Below are positions 34,249 through 45,660 of a DNA stretch of 64,000 nucleotides, piece by piece. A program made the translations under genes and the position numbers. The stretch is from positions 1,302,001 through 1,366,000 of the forward strand of contig OZ287073.1 of the NCBI GenBank assembly GCA_965645245.1, in the 5' to 3' direction. Numbering within the stretch: position 1 is the first letter of the stretch; every line of letters starts with the position of its first letter. Source of the DNA: Massalongia carnosa (Eukaryota). Below the pieces are notes generated by a model. That model was given only the letters and a program-made list of their open reading frames with translations, ran no database searches and was not told the DNA's origin.

Positions 34249-37200
34249 ATGCCGATGATGATGGATGATGACCTAGACGAGTTGTTCGGCGATGCAGCGC
34301 CAATACATTTACCTCCTTCAGTGTCAAAAGGATTTCTTCAGGCCCTGGACGATTTGCGTCTCAGTGGTTGCTGTCAGTATGTTCGGCGGTCTCTGCGGCT
34401 TGCCTAATTTTGTCTAACTCACGAGCAGGAAAATCTCGTGGTCCAAATTTGGTTGCATTGCATACATCAGCCCCAACGGCCGCAATGTGAATCTAAGATA
34501 TCTTTTTTGCGATCCTGAAGATGGAAGGTGGAAGTTGAGTGACCAGCATTTGGAAGATGAAGTATCGACGGTCCACAGTGATCATCAAATAGCTCATCTG
34601 GCGTGGAACCCGATGGGTAAGGATATAGCCATTATTGATGTATTTGGCCAAATATCCACATTTACAAACCTCATCATTATGAATCACATTCATATTGCAA
34701 GGCGATGCGTGATTGATCCAGAAGATAATTTAAGTGCGGTGGTTGGCTTTACCTGGCTGAATACGGAGCGAACGGTATAATCTCACCGCCGTTTCTCTCA
34801 ACACATGCTAAACTCTCAGTTTCCTCTCTATCGCCCAGCCATCAAAAAAGACGGCCAGTGGCAAACTGTAGTGTCCCATCACAAGATGATGGGCCCCCAT
34901 AACCCCAACCCTCGTGGGTCTGCAATGGTAGCAGTAACCCGAGGTGGCACAATACGACTCTTGGTGCAGGGCCCAGACATGCGTTGGCATGATACCAGGA
35001 CGGAGATAGATAATATTTCGTCTTCTTCGGGGTTGCTTACACATGCCGCGATGAGTGCGGATAAAGGTTTGCAGTTATTGCTTGTTACATCTGCAGATGC
35101 TGACAGAAATTGTCCAGATAGCACGATGCTCCTTGTGACACATTCGAAAGACAAGCAGCTCCGCCTTTATCGGCTTAGCATTGACTTTCAACAGATGTCG
35201 GTCAATATACAACATATAAAGACCATTAATAACTGTTCTCCGCTGGATCAGGAAAATAATGGTTCTATGGTAAACAGAGATCTAGCGTGTCAGTTGTCAC
35301 ATCTTGATCTGATCCCCCAAGGGCTTGAGGCTCGAAATCGAGAATCTGCCCCCCCCTTTATTTTGGCGGCGTTTTCGTACGTCCCGGTTTCTCACCAAAA
35401 TTCTTCGCTTCGTGATGAGCCACTCACCATCTTCTCGAGATGGGAGTTGCGCAATGCGCAACCTAAACTTCACCCCAGCTTTGAGCAGCTAACGCCCAAA
35501 AAGGCCAATGCTACATCAGCTAGGGAGCTACCGGTACGTATAACCACAGGGGTATAATGCTTTCCTAATTACTTATGGATTCCGACAGGCTGAAATCTTT
35601 CTCAGGCGGTTAGAAGACGTTGTGGTAAACCGTATCTTGCTTTCATTACAGCAAGTATGCTTGAGTACTGTTCTAGCAATGACTTACAGCGACGGAAGCA
35701 TTGAATTCCGAGACCGAGGCAGCGTAGCCATCCTTCCAAGAGACGAGCCAGCGAAACAGGTCTCTAGCCTACCTCAAGTTGGGTTAGAATTCACAGATGT
35801 TGGGCCATGTAAGCATACTTCCAAATTATACCACTGACTACGAGACGCTGACAGGAGCAAGGCTTACAGAGCGCGCTGTCGCCAAACGCATGTGCAGCAG
35901 TTTCTCTAAACGAATCACAGGATATGAAATTAAGCTTAATGCAACTTTTACCAACTGAATTTGATAGCATAGTTGACAGCGGTATACAATCCTCACACCA
36001 ATTCTCACCTCGTTAAGTAACCATTTAGCAGTAGCGATTGAAGCAGCGATTGAAGCATTTGTGATTCAATTCTCGGCCGCGTGCAGCAGCCAGGGAAACC
36101 ATCATGACGACCTTCTGACGGTGATGCAAATTTTCTTGCAGCAACACTCCGGTGACTGGATGGAGCAAAGATTGTACGGCTCCAGCCTGAAGGACCGTTT
36201 TGTCCACGAGATATACCGAGTTCTCGGAGTAAACATTGATCATTCGGTCGACTCACAGTCAGATCAGCTATTTCGAAACCCGAACATCCAACGATGTCTC
36301 AGTACGCAGATATCTCTCGGCTACTTCGGTGAGAGGAAGCCTCGATCGCTATCCGCTAAAGTGGCGTGGACTATATTAAATCTCCGTTTTGCTGCTCTTC
36401 TTATGGCTTATGCGTTCCGAAAACCTGGTGCAGCTGAACCTGAGAGCGAGATTAACAAGCCCGGTAAATGCCTAATCCTTGGAGCGGGTCCAACGAACAC
36501 AAGCTGAGACCAATTTAGAGATGGTTCGATACATTGTGGGAATGGTATCATGGTTAATGTCACTCATGAATTTCATCACCGACGAACTTTTCAGCCTCAG
36601 CAGAATCGTCAAGGATCATGGCACTATGGACCGAGCGTTCCTTGAGGCCCAAGGTACGCGCACCTTGAATCGATCGGTTCTTCGTGTGTAGGTGATGCTG
36701 ACGACACCCTAGTCCATAAGATGAATACGCCTGCTCTCGCTCTGGTTCTGATCTCCTCGTCTCGAGCATACTGGCATTATAATTGCCGGTATCTCCGTCA
36801 GTTGAGCGGAGAAACGAAAGCGAACCAAACCCATGGCGCCCAGCGGCAGATTTACCGTGAGCTAGAAACCATTTTCGCCGAGTCCCACATCACCATCGTC
36901 CAGTTCGAACGCCTTCTCACGGAGATGGACTCCATCACCAAGCAGGCGTACATCTCGTCGCAGATCAGTGATGCCGAGCGCAAGGCCATGGAAAGCGAGA
37001 TGCTCGTGTCAGCCACGGTCCCAACCGTGTTCGTGCCGGCGCTGGGCGGGTTCTTGACCGTCACCGTCGACAAGTTGCGCGAGGAGATCGACGAAGCCGA
37101 ACTGTACTTTCGGGACATCAGCTGGCTCGGCCTCAGCGACCATTGGCGCCAGGAGCACATCCTCGATGTGCTGCGCAAGGTGGAGCTGGCGCGAGGAGCG

Positions 37201-37356
37201 CGGCTCCGGAGGTGTCTCCGATGCTGCGCGGTGATGGAGGACCTACCCATGGTGCAAGGCACCAGCATGTGGATGCTCTCCATGCAGCGGGGGTGCCTTT
37301 GTGGGGGTTTGTGGAAACTCGCTGGGCAAGCAAAGGCGTCTGCCCGCGGACGATGA
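34249..37356 (+). CDS. MED16: Mediator subunit 16 (Sin4), about 9 exons
   Basis: N-terminus MPMMMDDDLDELFG...LRLSGCCQKISWSKFGCIAYIS, beta-propeller-like segments, SDGSIEFRDR, and C-terminal LRRCLRCC...QRGCLCGGLW. Eight GT-AG introns join the ORF pieces. Confidence 0.88.
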
Positions 37357-38473
37357 CATTGGGGTATCTGATTGGGTTGGAAAGGCGATTCTCGAATTTC
37401 GTTTAATTTTATATATGGTTTTATATTATTGTTTTTAGAATTCGGCGCTTCGCTTCGGTCGCCAAACCCCTAGGTATTCCATGCTCCGTCCGCGATGTTT
37501 ACCTGGTGTGGAAGCCTGATTCCAGACCACGGATCCATGCACTCACGGCACCGTGTTGGCGGGTGGCTGTGCATTTTTCGGCTAGCGTTGAAGCCACATA
37601 TCGAGCAAGCCACAGGACGGAAACGCTGCTCGGCACTTACCAGCTGCCAGCGTGCCAGCCAAGTATGGAGTAGTTACTCTGCAACTACCCCCTCTGTCAT
37701 TGCACAGACTGGCAGGATGCATCTATTCGGCCGGTGGGTGTCAAGATGATGTAAATTATGCGTTTCTAGTTCAACGTTGAACACAGGGGAGAGGGGAAAG
37801 GAAGAAAAAAAAGGAAAGAAAACCAATGACGTTGGTTGGATAGAGAAGTCTTCGCTTCACGCAAGTCTTCAATATCTTGATTTCGTCATGATCGTCAACC
37901 ATTCGATGATCCGTCTTTCCCACTTCCCACCTTCAGCCCTTCGTTTCTTTAGTTCAGCGCTCTTCACAGCAAAGCCACAGCATGAGTCGATCTACCTATG
38001 TTGAATGGCTCGAATCAAGTGGGAACGATCGTCGTTGCGGCGTTCCGGCCTTTTCTTCTCGTGAGCCAATGGCCAAAGAGGAAACTCCGCCTTCGACCGG
38101 GCTTCAAGGCAGGAAAACGCGCTGGCTCGAGACTTGGTCGGTGGGTTCGACATGTGGGTTCTCGAACCGGTGATGCAATAAGTGTGGCTGTTCGCTGTTC
38201 TCCCTCTTCCATCGTCCTTCTTCCTTAACTTCCTTCTTCATTTCCTTTTGGTCGTGGAATCGCCGTCCTTTGAGTCTCCATACCTCTGCTCAACTATTTC
38301 CATCTTCTCAGTTGATCACAACTTGTATTGTCTGTCTATTCATTGCATGACTGACCATCTTATGCAACTCTTCCTGTCGTGATTTTTATATTCGCTGGAC
38401 CCAGTTAGTCCGAACGTGGCGTGAAAGCCACTTTTGGTTCACCTCACTTCTTCTCCTAAATATCCAATCACCC

Positions 38474-39862
38474 ATGCGCAGTATGCAGCATCAGTTACTT
38501 CTCTCAGCGGTGTTGGCCCTGGCCAAACTCTCCGGTGCTGTAGCAGAGGCGGTGGAGCCAACTCCCAATCCTCTCAACATCTTCATCGGGGCTGCCAACA
38601 CCGCCGTAGGGATCATCAGTTCTGCAAACGCACTGGCTTCTCCAACCTCCACACCTACACCACCGCCAGCTACCTCTTCATCAGCAGCCCCGGCACCGCA
38701 TAAATCCAACAACCACACGGCATTGATCATCACTATTGTCTGCTGTGTTGTCGGCTCGTTGCTTCTCATTGCAGCCATCCTTACCGGAGTGTTCTGCTGT
38801 CTGGCACGGCGTCGCCGACGTCGCAGGCAAGCTCAGCATATCATCCCCGTTGATGACAGCGAGAAGACAGCTTACCGGCCTGTATCACCGCTCGGCAACC
38901 CAGGACGTGCCTACGTGCCGCTGCGTCCCCAAAACCGCGTTCCAAGCATGGAGCAACAGCCTACGGTTCCAGTACTAGCTGCAACAAGAAAACCCACATT
39001 TCAACGCTCAATCCACCGCGCGGAAAATCCTTTCGTCCCTGTCCCCCCAAGCCCTCGACGATCCAACCATCTCAGCGGCCTCACAGACACCACCATCCAA
39101 GAACCCTACCGGACTACTCCGATCTCAGCCACCCGACCTGAGTTCCAATCTCTTCGTAACTCCTCCACTCCCTCCCGCTCTTCATCTTCAATTATCCCGG
39201 CCCCTTCCCACATCACAACATCCCCTCACCCTTTCGGCCTCAGCGGCATTGGCCGCCCATATGAGGACATGCATGTCCACGTTCTCCAAACCGAAGCGCC
39301 CTCTCAAGACCTTCGCAACTCCCTCCGCGATCGGGGTCTTATCCAAAACCGCCACAATACCCCCCCACTGGTTCCATCACGTTCCCCAGCTCGTTTGAGC
39401 GCCTCGGGTAACCTCCTCAACAATGCCAGCACCGCGGACTCAAGTTATCACTCGGCCAGTGAGGGCACTGGCAGCACCCCTAGTTCCGGTTCCGGGGAAG
39501 AATGGCGTCGAAGTCAAGCTCCCCAATGGGAGCGCGGTCAGCATCGGTACTCGGACACCGGAACCGTCTTGGCTGCGCCGCCCGTGCCATGGGGAGAACC
39601 AGAGCGCCGCCGAAGCAGCCCGCGCACTTCGATCGGGAACAATAATGCCATGATCAGTGGTGGTGGTATCGTAAACTGGATCGGCGGCCATGAACGAAGG
39701 CTATCGAGGAGTCCGGCCGCGAGTATTAGTGGACAGTCGAAACGGCTAAGGTTCTCAGATTCACCGACTGAAAGGAATATTAGAGTTGGAGGAGGACTGG
39801 GGAATCAGGAGAGGTGGGACGAGCAGCAGAGGCACTCGCAGGGGGTAGGAGAGGCGTTGTAG
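38474..39862 (+). CDS. Type I single-pass membrane protein with a signal peptide, short S/T/P-rich ectodomain and long disordered cytoplasmic tail
   Basis: Hydrophobic N-terminus (LLLSAVLALAKLSGAVA) and a TM helix (LIITIVCCVVGSLLLIAAILTGVFCCL) followed by RRRRRRR. Confidence 0.78.
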   Translation: MRSMQHQLLLSAVLALAKLSGAVAEAVEPTPNPLNIFIGAANTAVGIISSANALASPTSTPTPPPATSSSAAPAPHKSNNHTALIITIVCCVVGSLLLIAAILTGVFCCLARRRRRRRQAQHIIPVDDSEKTAYRPVSPLGNPGRAYVPLRPQNRVPSMEQQPTVPVLAATRKPTFQRSIHRAENPFVPVPPSPRRSNHLSGLTDTTIQEPYRTTPISATRPEFQSLRNSSTPSRSSSSIIPAPSHITTSPHPFGLSGIGRPYEDMHVHVLQTEAPSQDLRNSLRDRGLIQNRHNTPPLVPSRSPARLSASGNLLNNASTADSSYHSASEGTGSTPSSGSGEEWRRSQAPQWERGQHRYSDTGTVLAAPPVPWGEPERRRSSPRTSIGNNNAMISGGGIVNWIGGHERRLSRSPAASISGQSKRLRFSDSPTERNIRVGGGLGNQERWDEQQRHSQGVGEAL

Positions 39863-40591
39863 ATGAGTGTCAAGTTTCTCACCCGTTCAAATCATGAGAC
39901 GAACCCTATACGATTTCCATGTAACAGGCGTTTTGGGGCTCAGGCAGGCAGGCGGGCAGGCATCTTACTGTTATATTGGCATAATATAACCTACCGTCTA
40001 TCGTTTTAGACGAGCTCGTCGTCGTAGATACCTAGATAGACATTCTCTCAAATCCTATATGAACAGATTATGTTTTGGTTATTCAGTCCATTTCCTTTAT
40101 CTATTGTCTTCCCATTCATCCATCCCATCCTCCCCCTTCTCTCCGGCCCCGCCCCCCTCCCCCCCCTTCCCTTTGCCTACACTAACCCACTCCCAAACCC
40201 TTACGCTGTCACCATTCTCTTCAGATAAATCGCCTTTGTGGAGTTCTGCAAGTGGTAGATAGATGGATGGATCTAAAACAGGGCAGAGGAGGGAATCGGA
40301 ATTATGGAGGCATGGAGGTGGATATATATGTAGGTAAATGTCTATTTGTCGGCTTTGGATGTGGGTTGGGAGTGGAATAGGAGCGAGGGGGTGGGGTTTT
40401 TCTTTTTTTTCTCTTCGCTTTACGTGTGTAGTGTTGTTTGGGGTTACTCTCTTGTCCAGGAGGGGGGGCGGGACATTCCCCTGCCCGTAATGCATCAATC
40501 TGCCCGATTCCAGCCTTCAATAGCGCCCGGCAGACACCCATTGGTTATTCCTCGTCCCTTTTGCTTTCCTCCTCCACTCCCCTTTTCGCCC

Positions 40592-42383
40592 TTATTTCGC
40601 CCTATCCCCTCTCACCCACCCTTCCCCGCCTCCTTCCCCCGCCCCCTTTCCTGCTTCCAGCCAAGTCCCAAACTGATCCAGTCGCTTGCCCTCTTCCTCA
40701 TCCCCGTCCGCGTCCTCGACTAGTTTCCGCTCGCCGCTCTTGCGGAACCGTTCGCTGCCGTCGGCGATGTAGGCTTCGACTTTTCGGGTGGAGAAGAAGC
40801 GGCCATCCATAACCTGATGGTTTGTTATTTTTTTGGTGTTGTTGTTGTTGTTGTTGTTGGAGGTGCTTTGGTTGCTGGTGTGGGGCCAAGGGTGGAGGGG
40901 GCGAGGAGAGTGGAAAACGTGCGAATGATAAGGGAACCATGGAGGGCATTGAACAATGAATAATTATGGAGAAGACGGAAAAACCAGCGTTGAACAAGAC
41001 TCACCCTAACGCAAGCCTTGGCCGCCTCAGCATCGGCATACCGGACGCTGGCGACGCCATCGGGTTCCTTGTCAAACAGGACAACGTTGGTGACATTGCC
41101 TATCACGGCGCACTCGTCCCGGATATCTTCCTTGATCTCGAGCATGGCGGCCGGATCTTCCTATGAGAGAATGGGGTTAGGTTGTGCAGGACAAATGGCG
41201 GAGTAGGGGTTTGGGGGTGGAAAGATTGGATGATTGACCAGCGGGTTTTTGGACATTGGAGGAAGCTCTCTAAAAATAAGCCACAGAATGAGATTAGCAG
41301 GACGCACTTCAAGCTCTTCGAGCGTAAACAAGTGCTTCAATATCACTACTTTATCCCATTTCGAACTAGTGTCGTGCAAAGTGGAGGGATCGTCATCGTC
41401 CCAGTCGGCCAGTTTACTAACCGTCACAGTCAGCGAAGAAACGGGAGGAAGAACGTTCTGCAGACCCGTTCAATTTCTGGGTTTTCTTGATAATCTTCTT
41501 CTTGTCCTTGTTGTTGCTCTTAGCCGGTGCATCCTTCTGCGTCTTATAACTGAAATCCGCCGGTGCAACTTTCATCTTCCCGGTTGGGGCCGGCTGGTCT
41601 AATCGGAAATCAGTATCGTCCAGCATCTGAACCGCAAGATCGACGCTCTCAGCGCGAAAGTACAAGATCAAGGCATCGCCTTTGAAGTTTCCGGCGTCGT
41701 CGGTGTAGAGCTTGATGCGCGGCTTCCCTCGATCTATTTCTTCGGCGATGACACCGCAGCGGGAGAAGACCTCGTTGACTTCTTGAACGGTTACATCTGG
41801 AGGGAGGGAAGTGACATAGACGGCGGTATTTTTTCGTTCTCGGGGCTCGGCGAAGGGTTTGGGTTTTTTGGCGCTGACGGCTCGACCACCGCTCTCCTGT
41901 GAAAAGACGCCATGTAATCAACTTAAATGATGCATGGAAAGAAGAAATAAGCTTACGTCTTCTCCGTTCGTATAAACCTGTTTCCGCTTCTTCTTGAGTG
42001 GTTGCGCCGGCTCCGATTCATCCACTCCTTGAACGGCATACGCTGCTCTTTGCTGCTCCAGCAAAGCATCGTCCAACTGTATTCCCGCCCACCAGACATG
42101 GAATGTAATTAGAATTCACGATCCGTGTAAACGAGTGCAGACATGATCTTTACAGGAGGACCCCTCGACGGTTTACGGTAGGAGGATGAGGGCGTACCAC
42201 TGGAACCCATCTCTTCAGCGCATCATCGTATTCAAATTCATGCTCCTCGTCTAACTCTAGGATGAACTTGTTATCGAGCTTGGAGAAAGAAATCCTGGGA
42301 TCCGCATCAAACTCCTCGGGGTTCTGAGGGAAGCTGGACTGGCCGGATGGTGGAGACTGTTCTGAGCTATCGGCGACCTCCAT
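40592..42383 (-). CDS. CUS2: U2 snRNP-associated splicing factor Cus2/Tat-SF1 (RRM + UHM); introns 42197-42077, 41956-41897, 41465-41417, 41307-41161, 41004-40814
   Basis: Motifs NTAVYVTSLPPD, RIKLYTDDAGNFKGDALILYFRAESVDLA, KLADWDDDD, VVILKHLFTLEELEEDP, DIRDEC, MDGRFFSTRKVEAYI. Confidence 0.88.
40836..40859. repeat. (TTG/CAA)n microsatellite in the last CUS2 intron
   Basis: Read directly. Confidence 0.85.
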
Positions 42384-42947
42384 GATCTGATGAATACGTT
42401 CGATTTCACGCTTGACAGCGAGTTCGTCATTGACGGTGCTTGCGGAACTACAAGGTTTTAGAAAGGTAAACAAACTTATAGCGAAGCGAGTTTAGAAGGT
42501 TATGACGGATGGTACATATCTCCAGACCCCTAATGATATTGTGCTTACTTCCCTTGACGATGATGAATATTATTTTACTCCTTGACCGGTCAGCGTGTTT
42601 GATTGAACAGCAGCAATCACGTTTTAAATCATCTGGACCATAACATTCGGGCTTTCGACTTTTTTCTATCAACTTGTAGCTTGCACGCCTGAAGGAGACA
42701 TGTCCAGCCGAAGTATCGAGTTAACACGCTTAGATCTAAAGCCACATGGGTATTCCTCTCCTCCTCATGATGTCAAATCCCTTCGAACATCCAGGATACG
42801 CCTGATGCACCGAAAGCCTTCCTACATGTCCTGAGAGTACGCCATAAGGTTAAAGGTAACTCTAATGATTGCAGATTTACAATGCATGATAGAAGAAATG
42901 GACGAGCCAGGCGAACAAAGCATCACCTTAGGTGATGCTTCGGTCTG

Positions 42948-44704
42948 CTAGGTCGCTTTGGCGTCCTCATCAGCGGATGACGAGAGGGCTTTTTCATGGG
43001 GTTCCATTGGAGACCCACGGTCGCCGGAGTATTTTGAATCAGACTCATCCAGAGCATCGCCGTTGACCACATCGCGGGTAAGCTCAACGTAGTCGTACTA
43101 CACGGTGTCAGATGCTGTGTGCCACAGCTTGAATCCGGGCGCACTTACGGCAAACTCGCCAATCTCGGCGTCGTCCATACCAAGGACCTCGGCCTCTTCG
43201 CTTGCCCGTAAACCGAGACCTGGAATAAGGTTCATGACGAACAATATGATGCACGATCCGCCGAACGAGTAGGCGAACCCAGAGGCGGAGTCGGCAAGCT
43301 GGTAGGCCAACTGAATAAAATGACGGTTGAGCCATCCTCCAGGAATCACGGTGAATCCATCGAGATGCGCTATGTAATTGCTAGATGTATGTTAGCGGGG
43401 TGTTGCACCAAGCTTTGGAACACTTACGCGGCAAAGAGGCCAGTTAATAAATTCCCGACGAGTCCGCCGATCGCGTGCACGGCAAAGATGTCCAAGGCAT
43501 CGTCAATTCCCAGGAAGAATTTGACCTTGGTGGCGTAGTTGCATGCAGCGCCGCCGACAACACCGTAGATCACTGCGGCCCAAGCTGGCACGAACCCAGA
43601 TCCAGGCGTGATTGCGACGAGACCTGCCACAACACCCGAGCAGAACCCAACCGCCGACCACTTCTTTTCAAGTCGATAATCCAGAAGGCACCAGGTCACG
43701 CCTCCAACGGAAGCCGCCAGGTTGGTGACGACAGCAGCCATGACAGCGCGCATGTTAGCGCTTAACGCAGAACCGGCATTGAATCCAAACCATCCTACCC
43801 AGAGAAAGACTGTTCCAATGATGACTTGGGTTACGTTGTGAGGTCGGAAGTTGAGTTCGTGTGTGCCATGTCCGCGCCTCTTCCCGAGCATCAAAGAATA
43901 TGCGAGCGCCGCAGACCCCGAGGCAATATGCACGGGAGTACCTCCCGCGAAATCGAGACCACCCATTGCAAACACCCAGCCCTTCGGGTTCCAGGTCCAG
44001 CAAGCGATGGCGTCGTAAATGACAGTAGACCAAATAAACATGAAAATGACGCAAGGAAGCATCCGCCCACGCTCGGCCACAGCACCAACGGCAAGCGCGA
44101 CACTTTACGGCAGGTTAACTGCGGCAGATGAGCCTGATTATGGTCTTTCGACTTACGTGATTGCAGCGAACATGCCCTGATAGACCGCGAAGAGAAGATC
44201 GGGAATCCTTGGGCTGCCGACCGATGGTGCGGCTAGGACATTCCTAAAGCCAATGTTCTCAAGATTACCGATGAATTTTCCAGCACTATGCGAAAAAGCC
44301 AACGAATAGCCCCAGAAGAACCACTGAAACGAAGTGACGCCAGTCGCCATCATCGACAACCAGATCAGCGACAAGGCTGACTTTCGACGAGCAAGACCAG
44401 AGTAGAAGAAGCTACGCGTAGCAAGTCAGGAGATCGAGGAAGTATACATAAATCTCCACTGATAACGTACCCCACACCAGGAATCATGAGCAAGACGAGG
44501 GCAGTGGCCGCGATCATCCAGGCAATGTCGCCGGACTGGTATGAGCCGTCAGCTGCACAATCAGTGTGGTGAGATTCACTCGTTGCGGCTTACTTCATAA
44601 TGAACATTAAGATCCTCGGTGAGCGAATCGCCCCCGGTAGGAACGGACTTATTGTAGGGAACATGAACGATATAATTGAGGTTATTCGGGTCTACCAGAG
44701 ACAT
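42948..44704 (-). CDS. meaA: Ammonium transporter (Amt/Mep family, MeaA-type), 6 exons
   Basis: Motifs GGDSLTEDLN, LVLLMIPGVGFFYSGLARRKS, YQGMFAAIT, DFAGGTPVH, WFGFNAGS, GLVAITPG, DDALDIFAVH, GMDDAEIGEFAYDYVE. Confidence 0.93.
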
Positions 44705-45627
44705 GATGGATGTTGAAGGATGAACTTTGACGCTGCCGAGAGTTGACGAGAAGGACAGCGAGGGCGCCTTGGCGACTGAGGAGCAATGCACCGACGACAC
44801 TAAATGCAGGAATTATGAGTTAGTTGTTCAAGAGAAAGTAGGAATGTGTAATTTGAATAGTGGCGACCGGTGATCTGTGGAGCGGCAATGGGGGATTTTG
44901 CGCTTACATACCGATTACAAGGGATGTGAGACACGCACACTGTACTTTGTCAAGAGCAAAGGGGCTTCTGGTCGTATTCCGTAGTTAGAGAGTATAAGAT
45001 GGGCAAGATGGGCCACTTGGGCAAGGAAGCAAACAGGTAGATTGGTGGTAGCTCCGTGGCTGGTCTCCACGAACGAAAGATAAGGAAGGCCGAATGTGGT
45101 TGCTTTACCTCGCTCTGGTGAATCGATCGATCGGACTGACTCCGTCGTGATGAAGCCGTCGAGGTGTTTTCTCTGATGGATGAGGCTGTTGAGTGTTGTC
45201 ACCTTGCGGAATTCTGCGTTTTGACTATTCAGCAATTGCTTCGCCCCTCCCACAGGGTAGGGTATATTCCGTACTCTGGAGGGGATCGCTTTTATGCAAG
45301 CTTCCCTTGACTGACGGGGAAGCACACCCACAGATTGGCAATAGGTAACTCGGTATATATGTAGCTATCCTATGTAAGCACCACGCCCGCCGGAGTCAGA
45401 CGTGATAATAATACTCACGCTGTACCTGCTTCTGTACTCTGTACCTTACCTAATATCGACCGTACGCACCTGCGTCCACGTTCATTGGGTGGTTCACGTC
45501 AACGTTAGCGAGCGTTAGTCAACCGGGAGCATATGTCGGCTTCGATCGCACTCCTTCACGTTCGCGCAGACACATCAAACACCACATCAAATGCTGCATA
45601 AGCTTCAGCTGTCTCGGAGATCGTCGC

Positions 45628-45660
45628 CATCAGCCATCAGCCATCAGCCATCAACCATCA
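45628..45660. repeat. (CATCAGC)n tandem repeat, about 4 copies
   Basis: Read directly. Confidence 0.75.

Noticed and set aside
44705..45500. AreA GATA cluster upstream of the ammonium transporter
   Set aside because: Only a few scattered HGATAR sites (e.g. 45078, 45403), no more than chance.
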